64,000 nucleotides of DNA, taken from NCBI RefSeq assembly GCF_963921235.1, contig NC_086108.1, forward strand, positions 85,438,001 through 85,502,000. The letters are read 5' to 3'. This document shows positions 25,250 to 37,279 of the stretch, piece after piece. The position numbers and the translations under genes were made by a program. The notes below the pieces were generated by a model. That model was not told where the DNA came from. It ran no database searches and worked only from the letters and a program-made list of their open reading frames with translations. The number at the start of each line of letters is the position of its first letter. Positions within the stretch are counted from its first letter, which is position 1. The DNA is from Mobula hypostoma. Its lineage: Eukaryota.

Positions 25250-27280
25250 TCTAGCTGTCATCTTCTCAATGAACATTCCCGTGTGTGTGGTCTGATCACA
25301 TGGGCTGCTCATCCAGAAGTAGATTTCACCCCACTTGTGGGACTTCAGCCTTACCTGACAAATCCAGGCCAATGACAGGCACTCTGCACGGAGGGTTGCT
25401 AAGAGGCATTGCTAGTCCAAAACAGAGTGCCAGGCAGGCTATTAGTCGTAGCTGAGCTCACACACTATAACGAGCTATGAAACAAAGGTCAGGCTGCTTT
25501 GCCTCCCTTTCTGATGAGCTCAGCACATTCTATGTATGCTTTGAACAGGAAGGGATTAGAATGTCACCTCCCACTCTGATAGCTTCCAATGAGCCAGAAT
25601 CCCTAATCATCCTTGTGGATGCAAGGATGCAAGATCAGTGGAATATGAGTGAAGATGTGTAAAGCTTCTGGCCTGATGGTGTTCCTAGTCATGTCCTTTG
25701 AACATCTGCACACTAGCTAGTAGGAGTATTTGCAGACATTTTTAGCCTCTTGCAGTTTCAACCTGAAGTTCCCATCTGCTTTATGGAGACCACTATCATC
25801 CCAGTACCAAAGGTAGACAAAGTAAAGGTAACGTGTCTTAATGACTACTCCCTGGTGGCTCTGATATCCACCATCATGAAGTGGTTTGATAAGTCGGTCA
25901 TGGCACATGTTGCTTCAAGCTCCCAAACAACCTCAACTCACTGCAGTTTGCCTATCACTGAAATAGTTCAATAGTGGACACAATCTCCCTGGCTCTACAC
26001 TCATTTCTGGATCATCTGGACATTCTTAATCAATTTCAGCTTTGCCTTCAATACTTTCAATCAAGCTTATCTCCAGATGGTGGGCCTCACTGGACATATC
26101 GATTCTTTATTCCTTTCCACAGATGCTGCCTGACCTGCTGAGTTCTCCAGCACATTGTACGTGTTACTGTAAACTTACTGACCTGGGACTCAACACTTCA
26201 TTTTGCAACTGGATCCTTGGCTTCTAGACCAACAGACCACATTCAATAAGAATGGGCAGCAACATCTGTGCCATGATTGTTTTTAACACTTGCATCCTAC
26301 TGAGCTATGTACTTACCCCCTATTCTACCTCCTGTACGGTCGTGACTGCATGGCCAGATTCTGCTTTAACTCCATCTACAAATTTGCAAATTATATCACC
26401 ATGGTGGACCACATTTCAAATAATAATGAGTTTGAGTCCAGGAAGGAGATAGAAAGCTTAGTGGCATGTTGTCATGACAACAGCACTTCCCCCAATGTCA
26501 GCAAAATAAAATAGCAGGAATAACTTTAGGAAGGAGCGGTGCACATGCTCCTGTTTACGTCAGTGGTACTGAGATCAAGAAGGTTGAGAGCTTTAAGTTC
26601 CTAGGCTCAAACATCATTAATAGCCAAACCTTGCCCAACCACATAAGTACCATGGCCAAGAAAGCTCATTAGTGCCTCTACTTCCTTAGGAGGTATAAAA
26701 AATTGGCATATCCCCTTTAATAGCATCAGTTTTCATCAGGATGGATACATTGGTGCTGGCAATGCTGGCTGATCTTGTTTTATCCAAATGCATAACAACA
26801 ACAGCTCTGTCTCTGACCTCAAGAAATTGCAGAGAGTTGTGAATGCAGCTCATACATCATAGAAACCAATGACCCCTCCGTGAAGTTAGTCTATATTTCT
26901 CACTGTCTCAGTAAAGAAGCCAGCACAATCAAAGATCTCACCCACCCAGTACATTCTCTCCTCTCCCTCCTCCCACTGGGTAGAAGATATGGAACTCTGT
27001 AAGCCTGTACCACTAGGATCAGATTATATCCTGCTGTTATAAAGCTATTGAATGGTTCTTCAGTTTGATAAGATTGACTCTTTTCCTCACAATCTGCCTC
27101 GTTATAACCTTGCACTTATTGTCTACCTGCGCTGCACTCTCTCTTGTAACTGTACCACTTTATCTTGCATTCTATTATTGTTTTATCTCTGTACTATCTC
27201 AATGCACTATTGTAATGAATTCATGTGTATGAACAGTATGCAAGGTAAGTTTTTGAGTTGAGACAATAGTAAACCAATTT
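25250..27280 (+). mobile_element. Rex1/Babar LINE, decayed, with a small pLTR piece at about 26080-26165
   Basis: TTIIPVPK ... [27 protein letters not shown]-terminal IKDLTHP ... LLPLGRRY. Confidence 0.8.
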
Positions 27281-27433
27281 ACTAATTAACTTTCTAGTCT
27301 TTGGGCTCTTTTTGTCTCCCATGGGTTACATCTCTCCTCACTCCCAATCCATTTGGCCTTTTGATTGTCCCCTCATCAAATCACAACCCCCTCACCCTGG
27401 AGCGGTGAACTGAACAAACCTTAAGATTTAATT

Positions 27434-27531
27434 TGTCCTGACAAAGGGTCTCGGCCTGAAACGTTGACTGTACCTCTTCCTAGAGATGCTGCCTGGCCTG
27501 CTGCGTTCACCAGCAACTTTGATGTGTGTTG
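27434..27531 (+). mobile_element. 98-bp stand-alone hammerhead/pLTR unit (family 1)
   Basis: Perfect 14-bp TSD cttaagatttaatt (27420-27433, 27532-27545); the insert begins at the ribozyme stem I (gtcctgacaaagggtctcggcctgaaacgttgac). Confidence 0.85.
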
Positions 27532-28832
27532 CTTAAGATTTAATTATTACCCTATGGTTGACCCTCTTGACCCACTCAACACATTTCTCTCCATCCCTAT
27601 GATTGAAAGCGGTGATAAGTAAGGTAATTGCTTTCACCAGCTCTCCATTACCAGTGTTGGTTGTCTGTTGTATCTGGCGATGACCAAAACCTGTACGGGA
27701 AGAGTTTTATAGTAAAAAAGCCAATACACTGGGGCAGGTCCTCTTTCTTGGCCTCAAAAATCTTGGCCCAAAGGTAGGAGAAATCGTCGTGACTGAAACT
27801 TCCTTGGCTGCAGTGGATCGCCACGACATCTTCTGCTCTTGTCACGTCCTTCCCTCTCTGTGAAGTGTTGCAGCACCACCTTCTTGGCTGTTGGATCTTG
27901 TAATTGATCTCATCCGCCCAGTCTTTCGGAACTGGTTTCACATGCTGAGGTATGCATATCCCTACCTCATCGGGGTTGGAGGTTTCTGGCTACCTTCACC
28001 TGGTTTTGCCTGCATGTCAAAGCAGTGTACCGGGGTGTGGCCACTGTCGCATACAACCTGTTACTTGGAGCCACAGGTGAGAGCTGGGTGGCAGGTGGGG
28101 ACCAAAGGTGGATGAGCTACCCCTGGGTGGAGCACGACAAGCCCACCACCAGAGGTGCTACCCCTCCCTTGACACCCCATACACCCCTTCCTACCAGTAC
28201 AGCCTGGGATTCGCTGCAACTCGCTGATCCTCATGCAGAACATGTGAAGGCCAGCCCTTTCTGGGTCTTTTTAAAGAAAGTGACCTTGATGAGGAAGTTG
28301 GAGGGTGGGTTAGTAAGTTTGCTGATGGTACAAAGGTTGGGAGTTACATTATGGATAGTCTGGAGGGTTGCCAGAGGTTACAGTGGGGCATCAATAGGAT
28401 GCAGAACTGGACTGAGAAGTGGCAGATGGAGTTTAACCCAGGTAACTGTAAAGTGGTTCATTTTGGGAGGTCAAATTTGAAGATAGAATATTGTATTAAT
28501 GCTAAGACTCTTGGCAGTGTGGAGGTTCAGCGAGATCTTTGGATCCATGTCTATAGGACACTCAAAGCTGCTGCGTAGGTTGACAGTGTTGTTAAGAAGG
28601 TGTATGGTGTGTTGGCCTTCATCAACCGTGGGATTAAATTCATCAATCATGGGATTGATGTGATGTTACAGCTACATAGGATGTTGGTCAGACCTCACTT
28701 GGAGTATTGTGTTCCGTACTGGTCCCTTCACTACATGAAGGATGTGGATAATATATAGAAAGAGTGCAGAGGAGATTTACAAGGATGTTGCCTGGATTGG
28801 AGATCCTGCCTTATGAAAATAGGTTGAGTAAA

Positions 28833-29718
28833 GCAACACACATCAAAGTTGCTGGTGAACGCAGCAGGCCAGGCAGCATCTCTAGGAAGAGGTACAGTCG
28901 ATGTTTCGGGCTGAGACCCTTCATCAGGACTAACTGAAAGAAGAGCTGGTAAGAGATTTGAAAGTGGGAGGGGGAGGGGAAGATCCAAAATGATAGGAGA
29001 AGACAGGAGGGGGAGGGATGGAGCCAAGAGCTGGACAGGTGATTGCCAAAAGGGATACGAGAGGATCATGGGACAGGAGGCCCAAGGAGAAAGAAAAGGG
29101 CGAAGGGGGTAAAAACCCAGAGAATGGACAAGAGGTATAGTGAGAGGGGCAGAGGGGGAAAAAGGAGAGAAAGAGAAAGAATGTGTGTATATAAATAAAT
29201 AATGGATGGGGTACGAGGGGGAGGTGGGGCATAACAGAAGTTTGAGAAGTCAACGTTCATGCCATGAGGTAGGAGGCTACCCAGACGGAATATAAGGTGT
29301 TGTTCCTCTAAGGTGAGTGTGCCTTCATCTTTACAGTAGAGGAGGCCGTGGATAGACATATCAGAATGGAAATGGGATGTGGAATTAAAATGTGTGGCAA
29401 CTGGGAGATCCTGCTTTCTCTGGCGGACAGAGTGTAGGTGTTCAGTGAAATGATCTCCCAGTCTGCGTCGGGTCTCGCCAATATATAGCAGGCTACATCG
29501 GGAGCACCGGACGCAGTATATCACCCTAGCCGACTCAGAGGTGAAGTGTCACCTCACCTGGAAGGACTGTCTGGGGCCCTGAATGGTGGTAAGGGAGGAA
29601 GTGTAAGGGCATGTGTAGCACTTGTTCCGCTTACAAGGGTAAGTGCCAGGAGGGGGATCGGTGGGGAGGGATGGGGGGGACGAATGGATAAGGGAGTCGC
29701 GTAGAGGCTTCTCATGTT
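28833..29718 (-). mobile_element. Penelope-like family-1 insertion (Cys-rich linker, GIY-YIG domain, pLTR)
   Basis: GTYPCKRNKCYTCPY and IYCVRCSRCSLLYIGETRRRLGDHFTEH ... EEQHLIFRLGSLLPHGMN; 13-bp TSD taggttgagtaaa (28820-28832, 29719-29731). Confidence 0.92.
28896..28931 (-). ncRNA. Minimal type-I hammerhead ribozyme motif
   Basis: Minus strand AGTC-CTGATGA-A-GGGTCTCAGCCC-GAAACATC-GACT; core intact, helix-III palindrome changed from ACGU to ACAU. Confidence 0.7.
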
Positions 29719-30993
29719 TAGGTTGAGTAAACTTGGCTTTTTCTCCTTGATGCGACAGAGGTGGCCGGATAGAATTGCATAAGATGATGAGGGGCATTGA
29801 TCGTGCGGATAGCCAGAGGCTTTTTCCCAGGGCTGAGATGGCTAACACAAGGGGGCATAGTTTTAAGGTGCCTGGAAGTAGGTACAGGGGGGATGTCAGA
29901 GGTAAGTTTTTCACACAGAGAGTGGTGGGTGCGTGGAATACACTGCCGGTGACAGTGGCGGAGGTGGATACAATAGGGTCTTTTAAGGGACTCTTAGATA
30001 GGTACATGGAGCTTAGAAAAACTAGAGGGCTATGTGGTAGGGAAATTCTCGGCAGTTCCTGGAGTAGGTTACATGGTCAGCACAACATCGTGGGCCGAAG
30101 GGCCTGTAATGTGCTGTAGATTTCTATGTTCTATATTGTATGTTCTAAAAGCTTTCCAAGACATAGTGGTAATAATGTTATTTGCTGTCACTCAGGTTTA
30201 TTACGTTGCAGCCTGGGAAAGAGGGAGCTGTATGATTCAGTCTCATCAGTAATTTGCAACAGCATCTATAGTGTCTTAAGCATCAGCAGGAAGCTATGCA
30301 GAAAGAGCTGTTAATTCAATGAAGTTGGGAAAGTAGATGATAAATTTGTTTACTTGCTATTTGTAGTGTCTATTTCCAATTCAAGCAGCTGGATTTTATT
30401 TTTACCCCATACTTTATCCAAAAACTGCCACTGTGTTATTTGTAAGATGAAACAGAAGTCCTGCATTATTGAAGATGCTCTTTTGAGGATGGGATTCTAG
30501 TCTGTTAAGACAGCATCGAGGGTGCTTTACAATGCATACAAATATTGTCTTTCCTCATACAGTCTGAAACTGACTCCTAGACTCAAAAGAATTCTTCAAT
30601 GTCATTTTATTAAGTACACAGTTATGAAGATTAACAAAAAAAATCACAATCCTGCAACAGTGTGACCTTTCACCATCTCCAGCTGGATAATATTTTCCGT
30701 TTTACAGTACAGTACATATTACACTGATGAAACTGAAGCTGCTTTAAATATCAGCTGTAATGTATTGTCTTTAGATATTGACACTTAACGCTTGGCAGTA
30801 CACCGAGCACCAGTTCAGTATCAATATGTGGCCAATATCACAAACCAATTGATAAATGATCAAATTATTCCTGCATTAGTGTTTCATCTAGTAAACAGAA
30901 ATAAATGTTAATTAAATGCCTGCCAAATGTTTGCAGTCTTGTTCACCTCAGTGCGCTCGCCTGAATAAACTGCAGATAAAAAAAGCGCTTTCA

Positions 30994-31055
30994 GTGTAAG
31001 GTTTGCATTCAACTAAAAAAGCAATAGCTTTTTTAGTTGAATGCAGACCTTACAC
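30994..31055. repeat. Near-perfect inverted repeat: 29-bp stem, 4-nt loop
   Basis: gtgtaaggtttgcattcaactaaaaaagc-aata-gcttttttagttgaatgcagaccttacac; one mismatch (U-G wobble on the + strand RNA). Confidence 0.95.
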
Positions 31056-31294
31056 AGAATATTTTAAAATTCATTCCTTGTTTCTTTGTGATTCAGCAAC
31101 AAGAGATATCCACAAATGAAGGAGGCATTGTACAATGTGTTAAGGGTTTTAAGAAATTGCTTCATTATATAGATACTAAAAAAACAGACCAGTCCTCATA
31201 GAGGAATCAGAAGTGAGCAGCTTCAAGTTCCTGGGTGTCAATATCTCAGAAGATCTAACCTGGATCCAACATATCAATGCAGTTACAGAGAAGG

Positions 31295-31655
31295 CCTCCA
31301 GAAGTGGTCCACAGCAGGGGTGATTGATAAATTCGTGGCCTAAGGCAGAAGGAGATGAGTTATACAGCTCTCATTACATGCACGTGCAGTTCAACTCTGA
31401 GTGATTATGCAGAAAATTTGAAGTTAATAACTTATTTCCTTCTACCTTAGGCCACGAACTTATCAATCACCCCTGCTGTGGACCACTTCCGGAGGTCCAA
31501 GACGCCGACTTCTACAAAGAAGGGATCCGTATGCTCCGTGACTGCTGGACTAAGTGTGTAAATGTAGGAGGGGACTATGCTGAAAAGTAAATGTGCAAGG
31601 TTTTCTAAAATTGCCTCCTTCTACCTTAGGCCACAAAATTATCAATCAACCCTTG
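31295..31655 (+). mobile_element. Mariner-derived non-autonomous element (MITE) with three TIR copies
   Basis: 31498-31590 encodes QDADFYKEGIRMLRDCWTKCVNVGGDYAEK* (mariner C-terminus). The TIR ggggtgattgataa.ttcgtggcctaagg lies at about 31317 and inverted at about 31445-31473 and 31625-31655; TA follows the right end. Confidence 0.85.
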
Positions 31656-31931
31656 TATTTCATTATAAGTTTGAGGAGATTTGGTATGTCACCAAAAACA
31701 CTTGCAAGTTTCGACAGATGAACCGTTAAGAGCATTCTAACTGGCTGCATCACCGTCTAGAATGGTGTGTTGGGGGGGTGTCTACTGCACAGGATTGAAA
31801 TAATTTGCAGGGAGTTGTAAACTCAGTCAGTTCCCTTATGGGCACTAACCTCTGCAGTATCCAGAACATCTTCAAGAGCGATGCCTCAAAAAGGCCGTGT
31901 CCATCATTAAAGAGCCCCATCACCCAGGTCA

Positions 31932-32057
31932 CAAACAAAAGAAATTCTGTAGATGCTGGAAATCTGAGCAACATACACAAAGTGCTGGAGGAACTCAGCA
32001 GGTCAGGCAGCATCTAGGAAAAGAGTACAGTCGACGTTTTGGGCTGAAACCCTTCGG
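31932..32057 (-). mobile_element. Short family-1 pLTR insertion
   Basis: TSD catcacccaggtca / catcacccagttca (31918-31931, 32058-32071); the 5' end falls inside the hammerhead core. Confidence 0.8.
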
Positions 32058-33429
32058 CATCACCCAGTTCATGCCTTGTTCTCATTGCTACCATCAGGAA
32101 AAAATACAGAAAACTAAAGGCACACACTCAACGATTTAGGAACAGCTTCTTTCCCTGTCATCTGATTTCTGACTGGACATTGAACCCAGGAACACTACCT
32201 CACTACTTTTTTATTTTTATTATTGCACCACTTATTTAATTTAATTAGCTAATGTACATGCATATACATAGACTGCAATTCACAGTTTTTTCTATTATTA
32301 AGTATTGCATTGTACTACTGCCCCAAACACAAAAAAAATTTCATGACATATATCGGTGATATTAATCTGATTCTGATTCTGAAAGAACAGAAAATTGATC
32401 TATAAAGCAGCAAAAGAGACAAAATAATGCTTATAAACCAAGCACTAAGCCATTCCACACAACATACTGCTGGAAGGAACTGCAGATGCCAAACTACTTG
32501 CTGAATCTTGAGGAACTCTTTGAATTAGTGGAGTAGATTTAATATCCTTTGGATCTTCAAGAAACTTTCACTAAAACTCAACAGAGTGGATTTATGATTG
32601 GCATATTGAGAAAGGAGACCAGAAGCAGGAGAATTAGAAAACGGGTTGCAAATAGAAAAGACAGAGTTATGATTGAGGGTACAGATCCTCCCAATTTACA
32701 GACCATACATAATGTGTGAGTGTTTGGGAGATTGGTGTCATGAACTTTCCAGCTGATGCAGGGCTGCAAGCATCTTCTGCCAGCTGGGAACTCAGCAGAA
32801 GATTCTTGCAACTAATAACTACTCCGGTTATAAACAACTTACAGGAACAGGGTCCTGCTGCAAACTGTGGATGACCTTAGACTGGTAAAAGGAGAAAGTA
32901 ACGTTCTTATATTAAAGTGAACACACTTCACCTTTCTTCTTCCAGATTTGCTGTTGTGCCAAACAGTTGATCGCCATTTATATTAATGAATTGAATTTGT
33001 AAGCTAAAGTTTACAGGTGACACTGAACTGGGAGTGTAATAATGCTGCGGAGAACTGACAAAATACAAGACAACATTATTAAGCTGCAGAATAATGGGTA
33101 TTTGCTAAATTAATTTCCACTAAGAAAGGAGTCTTGAAAGCTTAAGGCCTCAGAAATAAAAGTTCAAATCGAGTACAGGAGAAAAAGAAATCTAGGGTTA
33201 TGAATACAAATAAACTATATTGATAGAGGTTAATTAAATTACTTCTTTTAATTCAACTTCTTGAGAGTAGCAAATGAAAAACCAAGAAGTTAGTTAAACT
33301 TGTGTAGAAGCCTGTTTGGTCTTTGAATGAATGGCACTAGTTTCCACTTTGCAAAACAGTGGCCAAATTAGAGTCTGATTATCTGTCTGTATCCTCGAGC
33401 AATGGCAGTGAGGCATTTCAGAAGTTTTT

Positions 33430-35342
33430 GCCCCCCCGCCCCCGCCCCACCAGCCCCTGTGGAACAGGCTTCAAGGATCGGTGTACAGGAATCACTCCTT
33501 TCCTTGAGATCTGGCAGCTAAGCCTCAAGCTCACCAATGAGTTTCCCAAACCTCTCAGGCATCTCCGTGGACTGTTCCTGAACTAGAGATTCTCTCTCTT
33601 TAGCTCCTACGGGCAGTGTTGGGACTCACATAGCCCCATTGTCCAGAGCTTGCTTGTCTGCTCCAGAGGACAGGACTAGGTCTCTAGAAGGTCTTAGGTT
33701 CCCTCACACTGACAGCTGCCCACTTATTTGTTGTTGGTCACGGGAGAATATGGGTGTTGGAACACCATGCCACAAACAAACTTGCTAATGATGACTGGAC
33801 AAAGCATTGATTCTCCCCTCCCTCCAGTCCATGAATAGGCTATGCTGGGACAGCCAAGACGCCCGAGGATCAGGGGCAAGAGAGGAGAGTCAATAACGTA
33901 GAAACTATTGTCATCCACATGATCCTCTTCCTTCACCTGCAAAACCCCAGTCTGTTGCTGGATCTGCTCGGAGCCTAACAGGCGGCCATCCAGGACACTT
34001 GCAGACATGGGCTGGCTCAACTCTCGCAGTGGTTCTGTCGAACTGGCGGGCGGTTCTCAATTCCTGAAAATTACTCGCTGCCCCCTAATCCACAGAAGCC
34101 TCGACCTGCTTCAAGTTCTTACCCCAGGTGAGCTCTGCCTTCAGCACAGAACCAGAATCCATGGGATCGGGTGTAGTTGCTGCTACCGTCAGAATCCTCC
34201 TGACACTGGATGATCTTAGCTGTTCTCCAGGTGGCCACAGCTTCAGACATTCAGCCTGCAGGCGACCTGCTTCCCGGCAGCAAAGGTAGGACCTCCAACG
34301 CCAGGACCCCTCATCGGCAGATAGTCAGTGTCACTGACCTGCATGGGTTCAAATGAATCTTGAGAAGGTGACGGCTGGTCATGGTCTGAGGTTGGGGAGT
34401 GGAACCTCAATGTGTAGGTACCGCACTTGGACTGGCTCTCTTCAACCTCCTGAAGTGGTCCCACTTTTGCTCTTCCAGATGATTATTGAGACAGATGGAC
34501 TGGTCGATCAGAACTTCTAAGTTCTCTGCTGGCTCTCCCAAGGCGAGGGCAACCCTCAGTTCATCTTGGAGTCCGTGGCGGTATAGCGTGGCCAGGACAT
34601 CCCTCTTCCAACCACTGTCCTGGGCCAAGGTCCAGAATTCGATCATGTAGTTGACTGCTGACCACGCTTTCACCCCCCACCACCCCCGTCTAATCTTCAT
34701 CGGGCGGTCCAAACTTCAGCTGGCTCTGGCTGGGTGATAAAACACCTTCTCATGGCAGCCCTGAATTCCTCCAAATCTGAGCAAATTTCTGACCTACGTT
34801 CCTAATGCGTGGTGGCCCAGGCCAAGACTCTCCCAGTCAGAAGAAAGATTACGAAGGTCACATTTCCGTGCTCCAAAGGGAACTGGGAATTCAGATACTA
34901 ATGAGCATTAGATGAGGAAGCAGAGGCAAGAGGTAAGAGGTGGTGTATATTCAGGCTTTAACTGGAAATTTTCTCACAGTGGCTGGCCACAGCTGATGAA
35001 AGGCTTTGATACCCTGCTGGTTCTGTTTTGGCTTAATCGTGCTGTGATGAAAATCCTTGATGAGGATGGTTTGGACCCAAATGCTAGGGTATTCAAAGCA
35101 AGGTTCGAGACATGGTATCAAACTGGATCTGAGCACTAAACATATCACGAGTAGGCTTACGATTGAACACCAAACCATAGTTCAGGTGTACCTTAAATAC
35201 TCAATTATTGGTGCTCAAAACATGATTACCAGTTATTGAGACCACCCTGAACCCTTAAAGGTGTTGTGTCGGCTATCTGTACTCTGGGGAGTTTGAGCAT
35301 CTAGATCCTGGAAGCTGGTACGGTTGGGTGTGCCCCATAACA
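33430..35342 (-). mobile_element. Decayed Ty3/Gypsy (sushi/PEG10-like) LTR retrotransposon, 5' part
   Basis: Gag ORF 34407..34712 YMIEFWTLAQDSGW ... YRHGLQDELR; EPMQV motif; protease-region LDGRLLG and YVIDSPLLPLILG; putative LTR start TGTTATG at 35342. Confidence 0.7.
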
Positions 35343-36134
35343 CCTTCCCTGGTTCTACTCATAACCATCCTTTATTTTCATCAGGTAGCATAACCTGCAG
35401 TACTTCCTTGTCTCCACATCTCCTGGCAGCTCTCAGCGCCTGTCATTATCTTCTCCCTTTCTTCCCTGCCCGCCCCCCTCGTCTCCCCTCTGCATCATCT
35501 TCCTATCAAACCCTCTTCAACTACATCCAGTTTTTCTCGCCAGTCCCTGCCTCACCTCCCACTCACCTCTGAATACTTGCTATCTCCATTGTACACAGGG
35601 TCTCGACCCAAAATGTTGACAACCTATTTGCCTTTTCAGATGCAGTCTGACCTGTTGAATTCTTCCAGCAATTTGTTTTCTTGCTCCAGAGTCCCTGAGA
35701 AATGTGCAAACAAATATTCACAATGACTAAAACAGAAGAGAGAGGTTAATTATCAGCACACTTAAACAGCTGGCAATCTTTTCTTTCATAAGGAGGAGGA
35801 TAAAGGGACAGAGGGGTAAGTGTGTGCAAATGTCTGTCACCTGATACAGAACTTTGATTTAAAATGGGCATGTTGGAGTTGACATTGAGGAAACAACAGA
35901 CAGCATAAACAGAGAAATGATGTCAATATGTGAGGGAAAAAAGGGGTAGAATATTTTGATGGTTGTATTGTACATAGTCTAAACCTTTTATATGGAATGA
36001 CCCATTGCTATAATTCTGACCACACCACCAATCCTTTAGTTTTCTTAAACACTTCAGTTAGACTAACCCCAAATCTTTTGTGCTTGAAGGAATATATTCT
36101 AGCCTCAACAAATGTTTACCTTTATTTATTGTCT

Positions 36135-36987
36135 CTATAAGAAGGACTTTGACAGATTAGGAGAATGGTCAAGAAAATGGCAAATGAAATACAATGCTGG
36201 AAAATCATGGTCATGCACTTTGGTAGTAGAAGTAAATGTGCAGGCTATTTTCTAAATGGGGAGAAAATCCAAATATCTGAAATGTAAAGGGACTTGGGAG
36301 CCCTTGTGCAGAACACCCCAAAGATTAATTTGCAAGTTGAGTTGGTGGTGAGGAAGGCAAATGCAATGTTAGCATTCATTTCAAGGGGTCTAGAATACAA
36401 GAACAAGAATATGATGTTGAGGCTTTATAAGGCACTGGTGAGGCCTCATCTTGAGTATTGTGAACAGTCTTGGGCTCCTCATCGAAGAAAAGATGTACTG
36501 GCCTTGGAGAGGGTTCTGAGGAGTTCACAAGGATGATTCCGGGAATGAAACGGTTATCATATGAGGAATGTTTGATAGCTCTGGGTCTGTACTCACTGGA
36601 ATTTAGGATGAGAGGGGATCTCATTGAAACCTTTTGAATGTTGAAAGGCCTAAACAGAGTAGACGTGGAAAGGACGTTTCCCATGGTGGGGGAGACTACG
36701 ACAAGAGGGCACAACCTCAGGATAGAGGGGCATCCATTTAAAACAGATATGGAGAAATTTCTTTAGCCAGTGGGTGGAGAATTTGTGGAATTTGTTACTA
36801 CAGGCAGCTGTGGAGGACAGGTCATTGGGTATATTTAAGGCAGAGTTTGATAGGTTCTTGATTGGCCATGGCATCAAAGGTTATGGGGAGAAGGCCAGGG
36901 AGTGGGGCTAAGGAGGGGAAAAAGGATCAGCCATGATTTTACGGCAGAGCAGGAATGTCCTATTTCTGCTCCTATGTCTTATGGTCT
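36135..36987 (+). mobile_element. CR1 LINE 3' fragment
   Basis: KANAMLAFISRGLEYK ... LYKALVRPHLEYC; tail tatgtcttatggtct. Confidence 0.9.
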
Positions 36988-37279
36988 CATACCAGTGTAG
37001 TTATTCTGTATTTTAATTGATGAGAACAGATCTTCCTGAGGAACAGTCCAGCTGGTGACTTGTACAATTGTTGCATAACTTCTACTGCTTTAGCCTACTT
37101 GAAATACTGTATTACCTTTTTAATTACTTTGGCATCTTACCATTAGTTTTTAATAATTTTAGAACAATAGCTGTCGCATTTTCTGTTCCATCGTGTTTTT
37201 AAGTTCCTACCATTATGACTGATCTTAATCCAAAGTGATGAACTCCCATTTCTCCATGATGAACTTCTCTCCAGTGTTT

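Larger units (their letters stand above)
28285..30135 (+). mobile_element. 5'-truncated CR1 LINE interrupted by a Penelope-like insertion
   Basis: KFADGTK, WQMEFNP, HLEYCV ... FFTQRVVGAWN; tail tttctatgttcta. Confidence 0.9.
31175..32382 (+). mobile_element. Rex1/Babar LINE 3' portion with two nested insertions
   Basis: SFKFLGVNISEDLTW; colinear with about 10520-11203; tail tctgattctgattctga. Confidence 0.8.

Noticed and set aside
26467..26482. Perfect 16-bp palindrome tgttgtcatgacaaca (RFX X-box-like)
   Set aside because: It lies within Rex1 RT coding remnants (W/C-C-H-D-N) and is explained by a single substitution.
32925..33004. Apparent exon with a strong acceptor (cttcacctttcttcttccag) and a gtaagc donor
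   Set aside because: The sequence matches a decayed CR1 RT segment (QL.AIYIN.L ... KF.GDT.LG); there is no other support for an exon.
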